Origin: an uncultured Chloroflexia bacterium
GTDB lineage: Bacteria; Chloroflexota; UBA6077; JACCZL01
Length of the DNA: 64,000 nucleotides
Direction of reading: 5' to 3'
Assembly (NCBI GenBank): GCA_963765765.1
Contig: CAVXYC010000016.1
Coordinates: 1 to 64,000 of the forward strand
In this document: piece after piece, positions 57,830 through 64,000 of the stretch
Position numbering within the stretch: the first letter of the stretch is position 1
How the letters are laid out: every line of letters starts with the position of its first letter
Made by a program: the position numbers and the translations under genes
Notes under the pieces: model-generated
The model's database searches: none
Seen by the model: the letters and a program-made list of their open reading frames with translations, nothing else
Told to the model about the DNA's origin: nothing

Positions 57830-59369
57830 CCGTGCACCTGAAACTTGTGCACAGGCCGTGGCTGGACGGGACCGGAGTGATGGGTGATGGGAGGAGTCGT
57901 GGCTGAGCGGTAATGCCCGACACTGCCGGAGAGATCAGCAATGGCCCTTCCGGGAAAGCTCACCACGCATCCCGGAAGGGCGCTGAAAGGACCGCCGACC
58001 ATGGACAGGTCAGCCCTTCCCCCCGCTATTGTTGCACCCATCGATACCTTCGTGCGCGACCTCATTGCTTGGGCCACCCAGCATCGCGATGCCGATCTCG
58101 CCATGATCGAAACGGTGGTGCGCGACCATCTGCGCGCGCTGGCACCGCAGCTCGTCGGCGGGATGATCAGCGTCACCCAACGCAGCCTCGATCCCGGCCA
58201 GCAACGCGATCGGCCCGGTGCCCGGAGTGCGGCGCGCTTGGGCGCGTGCGCGGCTGGCGGCGACGGCAGTTGCAGACCACCTGTGGACCGATCCAGTGGG
58301 AGCGGCCCTGGGCTCAGTGCTCGGCCTGCCGGGCAGTGCTGGAGTCCGACCGATCGCACGCTCGGCGTGCCGCCGCAGCAACGCAGCAGCACCAGCCTCC
58401 AGGCATGGCTGGTGTCCCTGGGCACGCTGCTGCCCTTCGCCACGGCCGGTGCGCAGCTCGCCACGTTGACCGGCGTGCGGGTGAGTGCCGAGACGCTGCG
58501 CCGCCTCACCGAAGCCGCCGGCCAGGCGCTCGACGCCCAGCTCCAGGAGGACGCCGCCACGGTGGACCGGACCAAGGGCCCGTCGGCCCAGTCGATCCGG
58601 CTCGGACGAGCTGGTGGCGGAGACCGATGGCGTGCTGGTGCGCTATCGAGACGGGTGGCATGAGGTGAAACTGGCGGTGGTGGGCGGGTGGAACGCGGAC
58701 CTGCCGCGCGAGCAGCAGCGCCTGCGTGCGCCGAGCTACGTAGCGGCGCGCGCCGGACGGGATGCATGGGGTCGGCGCTGGGGCGCGGAGGTGGCGCGGC
58801 GGCGGGGTGGAGGAAGTCAGCTACGCGGGCAGTGGCGTCAGCCCGGGCATCGCCACGCTGCGGCGGGTGCTGGTGCTGGGGGACGGGGCGCGCTGGATCT
58901 GGACCGCCGCGGCGGAGCACTTCGGGGAGCGGATCGAGATCGTTGACTGGTACCACGCCAGTGAGCACCTCGGACGGTGGCGCGGGCGGTCTACGGCGAG
59001 GGGACGACGGCGGCGACGGCCTGGGCGGAGGCGAGTCCACGGTGCTGTACGAGCAGGGCGCCGCGCGGTTCCTGGAGCGCCTGCACGATCTGACGCCCGC
59101 GACGGAGGCAGCCGGGCGACGGTGGCCACCGAGCGCGGGTACTTCCAGACCAATCGGGCACGGATGGCCTACCCGGCGTTTCGGGCCGCCGGCTATCCGA
59201 TCGGCTCGGGCGCGGTGGAATCGAGCGCGAAGCATGTCATCCAGCAGCGGATGAAGCGTGCCGGCTGCCGCTGGTCCGAGCGCGGCGGGCAGGCGCTGGC
59301 CGTCTTGTGTGCCCACCATGCCACCGCCACCGCCGCATAACCAAATACCCTCAAGTTTTGGGTGCACCC
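57830..59369 (+). mobile_element. ISKra4/ISLre2-type insertion sequence (transposase 58001-59340, frameshifted)
   Basis: Imperfect IRs GTGCACCTGAAACTTG and CAAGTTTTGGGTGCAC; ETDG, LGDGARWIW, DWYHASEH and GYPIGSGAVES. Confidence 0.85.
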
Positions 59370-59398
59370 ATGTGCGTTGTGGGTGGCCGAGCCTCATC

Positions 59399-59424
59399 TA
59401 ATACTGGCAAATAATACTGGCAAA
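59399..59424. repeat. Perfect 13-bp tandem direct repeat upstream of the ABC operon
   Basis: TAATACTGGCAAA TAATACTGGCAAA. Confidence 0.7.
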
Positions 59425-59566
59425 GAGTCACCGATCTGCAGCATGATGAAACGCGTACTGTGTCCAACGATATGCGACGATTTTCGCGTACATATGGAAC
59501 GTGTTGCTTCGGTATGAAGCGAAAGTATCGAAATAGCGGACCTTTTCGGAGTAGAGGTAGAGGAGC

Positions 59567-60814
59567 ATGAGGGAACTACGTCGATCATTTGGCCTGGTGG
59601 CTTCGATTGTCCTGGCAGTCGTTGTAGCCGCTTGTAGTCAACCCAGTCCAGCGGCACCGGCTAAGGATTCAGCCCCAGCCGCGAAGGAAGCAGCACCGGC
59701 TCAGCCCGCGGCCAGCAAGGATGCGCCCGCGGCTAAGGATGCCCCGGCGGCGGCCAGCAATACTGGCACCGCAAAGGCTGATGAGATGCTGGCCGCGGCG
59801 AAGAAGGAGGGTTCGCTGACGCTTGTCACGCATACAAACCTCCTCTACCGCGAGGTAGTCAACAAGTTCAAAGAGAAGTATCCCGATATCCAAGTGGAGC
59901 ACAACGCGATCCGTCCAAGCGAGTTCGCGCCGAAGGTCGTGACGGAGCAGCAGAACGGTCAGTTTGCGTACGATCTGTGGCTTTCTCCAACCAGCAACAT
60001 GGTTGAAGTTGTAGTTCCCGCGGGCGGGTTCCAGTCTATGGCCTCTTACCTCCTTCCCGAGACACTGGATGCCAAGAACTGGCGCACAGGCAATCCGCTT
60101 TACGCGACCACCGACCCTCTCATCCTGCTCAACCGCGGTAACGTGGATGGCACGGTCTGGGTCAACCGCGACCTCCTTCCAGCGTCAGAGTTCAATAACA
60201 CTGAGCAGATCATCGATCCGAAGTTCAAGGGCAAGATTCAGCTCCGAACGCCCAATGCTCCGCATGCGACAAGCCTGAACATGACCGGATGGCTCCACTC
60301 AAAGGGAGAGGACTTCGTCTGGAAAGTGATGAAGGATCAGGAGCCGATCTACATCGACAATGCTCGATTGCTCACTCAGAACCTGATCAACGGGAAATAT
60401 CCGCTGGCGGTTGGTATTGACGGCGCAACCCTCGACAACTGCATTACGTCCGGTGGCTGCAAGAACCTCGAGGAAGTTCGGGCTGGCGGAATGAAGTATC
60501 TTCTCGGCCAGGGCGTGGGCATGCTGAAGAATTCCCCGCACCCCAATGCCGGTGGCGTGTTCCTGAACTGGTTCTTCTCTAAGGAAGGGCAGGAAGCATT
60601 CGTCAACGGCATTACCGCGACTGAGCCGACGGGGAAGGACGCGCACTCCATCAACCCGGCCATCGAACCGCACAAGGACGCGGTTGAGAATGGCATGGTT
60701 CCTGACTACACGAATCTCGCACAGTACAGCCTTCAAGGGATGGAGCAGGGTGCTGAGGAGATGCAGAAAGTTATCGAGCTCTACCGTAAGGTGGAGGCCG
60801 GCGAGAGCCGCTAA
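59567..60814 (+). CDS. ABC transporter substrate-binding lipoprotein (FbpA/AfuA-like family)
   Basis: Lipobox VVAAC, PAAK-rich linker, AAKKEG.L, DPKFKGKI and PHPNA...FLNWFFSKEGQ. Confidence 0.9.
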   Translation: MRELRRSFGLVASIVLAVVVAACSQPSPAAPAKDSAPAAKEAAPAQPAASKDAPAAKDAPAAASNTGTAKADEMLAAAKKEGSLTLVTHTNLLYREVVNKFKEKYPDIQVEHNAIRPSEFAPKVVTEQQNGQFAYDLWLSPTSNMVEVVVPAGGFQSMASYLLPETLDAKNWRTGNPLYATTDPLILLNRGNVDGTVWVNRDLLPASEFNNTEQIIDPKFKGKIQLRTPNAPHATSLNMTGWLHSKGEDFVWKVMKDQEPIYIDNARLLTQNLINGKYPLAVGIDGATLDNCITSGGCKNLEEVRAGGMKYLLGQGVGMLKNSPHPNAGGVFLNWFFSKEGQEAFVNGITATEPTGKDAHSINPAIEPHKDAVENGMVPDYTNLAQYSLQGMEQGAEEMQKVIELYRKVEAGESR

Positions 60815-60834
60815 GCGGCGGATCGCTGGATTCT

Positions 60835-60879
60835 GAACGGGCGCGGAGGGATAATCGACCCCTCCGCGCCCGTTCTTTC
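60835..60879 (+). terminator. Stem-loop after the SBP gene (terminator or stabiliser)
   Basis: GAACGGGCGCGGAGGG ... CCCTCCGCGCCCGTTC followed by TTT. Confidence 0.7.
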
Positions 60880-60976
60880 ATGTAGCGCGGTAGATTGAAG
60901 GGAGACCATTGGTGTCCGGAGGCCGTTCTCGCTCGCGCGGGCTCCTTGCGCGGCGAACGAATTTGTACTGGAGGCT

Positions 60977-62740
60977 ATGCCCGTGGCCAGTGATGCCGTA
61001 GCCGCGAAGCAGCCGGTTTCTTCAGCTCCTCCGCGCTTCCGAGTGGATGGACTTACGATTCTCTACGTCATCTTGTTGACGTTCGTAGCGTTCATCGTGC
61101 TCTATCCCATCGTCCTTCTCGCGATCAACAGCTTCAACACGGCGCCATTCGGTCGCGGCTGGACCTGGGGCGTGCAAAATTGGCAGACGTCCCTTACTCA
61201 GCCGCGAATTGGAACCGCACTCTGGAATACGGTCACCCTATCAGTGACACGCCAGGTGCTTTCCATCTTGATCGGTGTCACGATTGCCTGGCTTCTGGCG
61301 CGCACCAATCTGCCTGGGCGAGGTTGGTTGGAGATGGGCTTCTGGTTTGCGCTTCTGCTTCCCCATCTCCCGATCTTGATGGGCTGGATCCTTTTGCTCG
61401 ACGGGCATTACGGCGTGCTGGTCAATGCGATCCGCGCGATTCCCGGCTTCTCAGGATTCCAGTTTGAGATCTTCTCCTGGTGGGGCATCGTGGTAGCCCA
61501 CCTGGTCATCAATCTCATACCGCTCAAGGTTTTTTTGCTGACCCCGGCGTTTAGAAACATCGATGGAGCACTCGAGGAAGCGGCCAGGGCGCATGGCGCG
61601 AGTACAGTGCGCTCGCTCTTTCAGATCGTTTTCCCCCTGGTGACGCCCGCGATTCTGTTCACGGCGCTGCTCGGCATCATTCGCTCCATGCAATCGTTTG
61701 AGATCGAGCTCATTCTGGGCGGCGCGGCGGGCATAGATGTCTATAGCACGATGATTTACCGCGAGATCCAGCAGTCACCGCCACGCTATGGCAGCGCCAC
61801 AGCCTTAGCGATGATTGTGCTCATAGCCATGACGCCATTCATCTTCATGCAGCAAGGCTTCATTCAGAGGCGCAGTTACCAGACGGTGTCGGGGAAGTTC
61901 CAGGCGCGGCTCTACGACCTCGGTAAACTGCGTTGGCCACTCTTCGCCGTGGTTGCCGGCCTGCTCGCATTCATTCTGGTCCTCCCAACGGCATTCATGC
62001 TGCTCAGCAGCTTTATGAAGGTCTTCGGCGTGTTCAACATCCCGGAGCCCTGGACTATGGGCAACTGGACTCGGATTCTCTCTGACCCACTCCTACTCAA
62101 GGCAATTGGCAACACGCTCACGATAGGACTGGGGGCCACGTTCGTCTCGATCACACTCTTTACGGTCATCGCCTACGTCTCCTTGCGATCAAAGTTCTTT
62201 GGGAGCCGACTCCTCGACTTCCTTACCTGGCTACCCAGCACGATCCCGGGAATCGTGACGAGCCTTGGACTTCTGTGGCTGTTTCTCAGCACCCCAATTT
62301 TCCGACCGCTCTACGGAACGATCTGGATTCTCATCATCGCCATGGGCATTGCTGGCATCACCATTGGCGTTCAGCTCATCAGAGCCAGTTTGATGCAGCT
62401 CGGGAATGAGCTCGAAGAGGCATCGTGGGCGGCCGGCGCGGGTTGGACGTTGACGATGCGTCGAGTTCTCATGCCGCTCATGGCGCCCACCATCGCCATT
62501 GTGGGGCTGCAAAGCTTTGCTGGGGCTGTGTCGGCCGTGTCGCTTATTGCACTGCTCGGGTCGGCTTCAAACAAGCCGCTCTCGCTGCTTCAGCTCGAAT
62601 ACCTGGACACCGGGCTTTTCGAGCCAGCGTCTGCCATTGGCATTGTCATCTTTCTGATGGCCGTTGTTGCCGCGGTGGCTGCGCGGATGATTAGCAATCG
62701 CGTCGGTCTGGCGAGGTTCGGGAGTAGCACTGGGCGGTAA
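60977..62740 (+). CDS. ABC transporter permease (FbpB/AfuB-like, two EAA loops)
   Basis: LEEAARAHGAS and LEEASWAAGAG; about 12 TM segments. Confidence 0.92.
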   Translation: MPVASDAVAAKQPVSSAPPRFRVDGLTILYVILLTFVAFIVLYPIVLLAINSFNTAPFGRGWTWGVQNWQTSLTQPRIGTALWNTVTLSVTRQVLSILIGVTIAWLLARTNLPGRGWLEMGFWFALLLPHLPILMGWILLLDGHYGVLVNAIRAIPGFSGFQFEIFSWWGIVVAHLVINLIPLKVFLLTPAFRNIDGALEEAARAHGASTVRSLFQIVFPLVTPAILFTALLGIIRSMQSFEIELILGGAAGIDVYSTMIYREIQQSPPRYGSATALAMIVLIAMTPFIFMQQGFIQRRSYQTVSGKFQARLYDLGKLRWPLFAVVAGLLAFILVLPTAFMLLSSFMKVFGVFNIPEPWTMGNWTRILSDPLLLKAIGNTLTIGLGATFVSITLFTVIAYVSLRSKFFGSRLLDFLTWLPSTIPGIVTSLGLLWLFLSTPIFRPLYGTIWILIIAMGIAGITIGVQLIRASLMQLGNELEEASWAAGAGWTLTMRRVLMPLMAPTIAIVGLQSFAGAVSAVSLIALLGSASNKPLSLLQLEYLDTGLFEPASAIGIVIFLMAVVAAVAARMISNRVGLARFGSSTGR

Positions 62741-62780
62741 CAGGAAGCAGGAGTCGCTCGCGCACTGAGAGGAACCCGAC

Positions 62781-62915
62781 ACCGGCTCCCTCCCCGCTGC
62801 GGCAGGGAGGGAGCCGGTGTAGCCGAAATTTCCTGGCTCAGAACCCGCCCCCAAACTAGAAATCCTTATCGTCCGGCTCCCTCCCTGCCGCAGCGGGGAA
62901 GGGCTGGGGTGGGGT
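62781..62915. repeat. REP-like palindrome pair
   Basis: CCGGCTCCCTCCCCGCTGCGGCAGGGAGGGAGCCGG plus a related inverted copy. Confidence 0.8.
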
Positions 62916-62957
62916 TCCTCCGCCCCTATCACCTGGACTATTTATGGAGGCTTTCCA

Positions 62958-63824
62958 ATGAAATTCAACATCAGCTTCCCGCAGGACAACGCCATGGCCG
63001 ATCCTGGCGCCGTGCGGGAGTTCGCGCAGATGGTTGACGAGAGTGGCTTCGATCACCTCACCGTCTCAGACCATGTGCTCGGCGCCAATCCCGCCAGCCG
63101 ACCGAACTGGACGGGGCGGTACACGGTGGATGACCCGTTCCGCGAACCAATGGTGATGTTGGGGTTCATGGCCGCGTGCACGTCGCGTGTACGGCTTGGA
63201 ACGTCGATCGTCATCCTGCCTCAGCGCCAGACCGCGCTCGTTGCCAAGCAGATGGCCGAGATCGATATTCTCAGCAATGGACGGGCAATGCTCGGCGTTG
63301 GTGTGGGCTGGAACGAGCTGGAGTTCGTGGGCTTGAACGAGGACTTCCACACTCGCGGTCGACGCATGGAGGAGCAGCTTGCTGTGATGCGCGCGCTCTG
63401 GACTGAGCGATCCACGACCTTCAGAGGCGAGTTCCATACGATTGATGATGCCGGCCTCAATACGATGCCGGTACAACGACCGATTCCCGTCTGGATGGGC
63501 GGCGCGGCTCCCCGTGTGATGAAGCGCATCGCGCAGCTTGCCGATGGCTGGCTGCCGAGCAGCGCCAGCGTGGCTGATTTCAACGCACAATACGAGCAGT
63601 TCAAGGGGCTGGTCCAGGAAGCCGGGCGGGACATCAATAGCATCGCGGTTGTGCCTCGGATGACGCTGAAGCGCGGCGCCGAATCCACCTGGCCGGAGCT
63701 TGTGGATGGGTGGCGCTCAACTGGCGCCACTCATCTCGGCGTGAGCACCAATAACAGCGACGCGGACTCAGCCGACGAGCACATCTCACTGGCGAGGGCG
63801 TTTGCCGAGAGCGTGATGCGGTAA
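62958..63824 (+). CDS. LLM-class probable F420-dependent oxidoreductase (Rv2161c-like)
   Basis: GFDHL..SDHV, ILPQRQTALVAKQ, GVGVGWN..EF, PVQRPIPVWMGG and ADGWLP. Confidence 0.9.
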   Translation: MKFNISFPQDNAMADPGAVREFAQMVDESGFDHLTVSDHVLGANPASRPNWTGRYTVDDPFREPMVMLGFMAACTSRVRLGTSIVILPQRQTALVAKQMAEIDILSNGRAMLGVGVGWNELEFVGLNEDFHTRGRRMEEQLAVMRALWTERSTTFRGEFHTIDDAGLNTMPVQRPIPVWMGGAAPRVMKRIAQLADGWLPSSASVADFNAQYEQFKGLVQEAGRDINSIAVVPRMTLKRGAESTWPELVDGWRSTGATHLGVSTNNSDADSADEHISLARAFAESVMR

Positions 63825-63851
63825 CTGCTAGCAGTTCGGGAATCCATGGTT

Positions 63852-63951
63852 CCCTCACCCTAACCGTCTCCCAAAGGACGAGGGAATAGCGTCGACGATC
63901 TCGGGCTTGATCCAGTTCCCTCGCCCTATTGGGAGAGGGTTAGGGTGAGGG
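63852..63951. repeat. CCCTCACCC-type REP inverted doublet
   Basis: CCCTCACCCTAACCGTCTCCC ... GGGAGAGGGTTAGGGTGAGGG. Confidence 0.8.
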
Positions 63952-64000
63952 GCCTACGAACTCGTTGTCTCTACGACCTGCACCACCCGCTTCTCCTTCA

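Noticed and set aside
57571-59397. Long antisense and alternative-frame ORFs (e.g. 608 aa here, also 2371-4119, 703-1785, 17045-18013)
   Set aside because: They are Arg/Pro/Ala-rich shadows of real GC-rich genes on another frame or strand.

Overview
The window is mostly ordinary accessory and metabolic DNA from a GC-rich bacterium. From about 6.8 kb onward it looks Chloroflexota-like; this is inferred from the PAAK-repeat ABC lipoprotein, a GT39-type C-terminus and the transposase families. The first ~6.8 kb is visibly more GC-rich and actinobacterial-like, and it is joined mid-gene to the rest, probably as an assembly chimera. Many genes are split by single-base indels, most likely long-read consensus errors, so many calls are stitched across frames. 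Contents include an APC permease, secreted repeat proteins, a Cache-HAMP-GAF kinase / response regulator / REC-cyclase operon, a CMD/AhpD cluster, ftsH, class II uvrA, an AlkZ-like glycosylase, aldo-keto reductases, SDRs, an MFS pump with an ECF sigma factor, LLM monooxygenases, a MmgE/PrpD protein, ABC exporters and importers, and a phthalate-type Rieske cluster. There are also four IS families and many REP-like and heptamer palindromes. The three best finds are: (1) a 92-aa AhpD/CMD-like candidate selenoprotein missed by the ORF track (CEP-UGA followed by a bacterial SECIS-like hairpin) heading a three-CMD cluster; (2) a complete IS110 element whose bridge-RNA guides can be read directly against its own ends and its GTAG-REP target; (3) a second, orphan IS110-family guide-RNA region that has lost its transposase.
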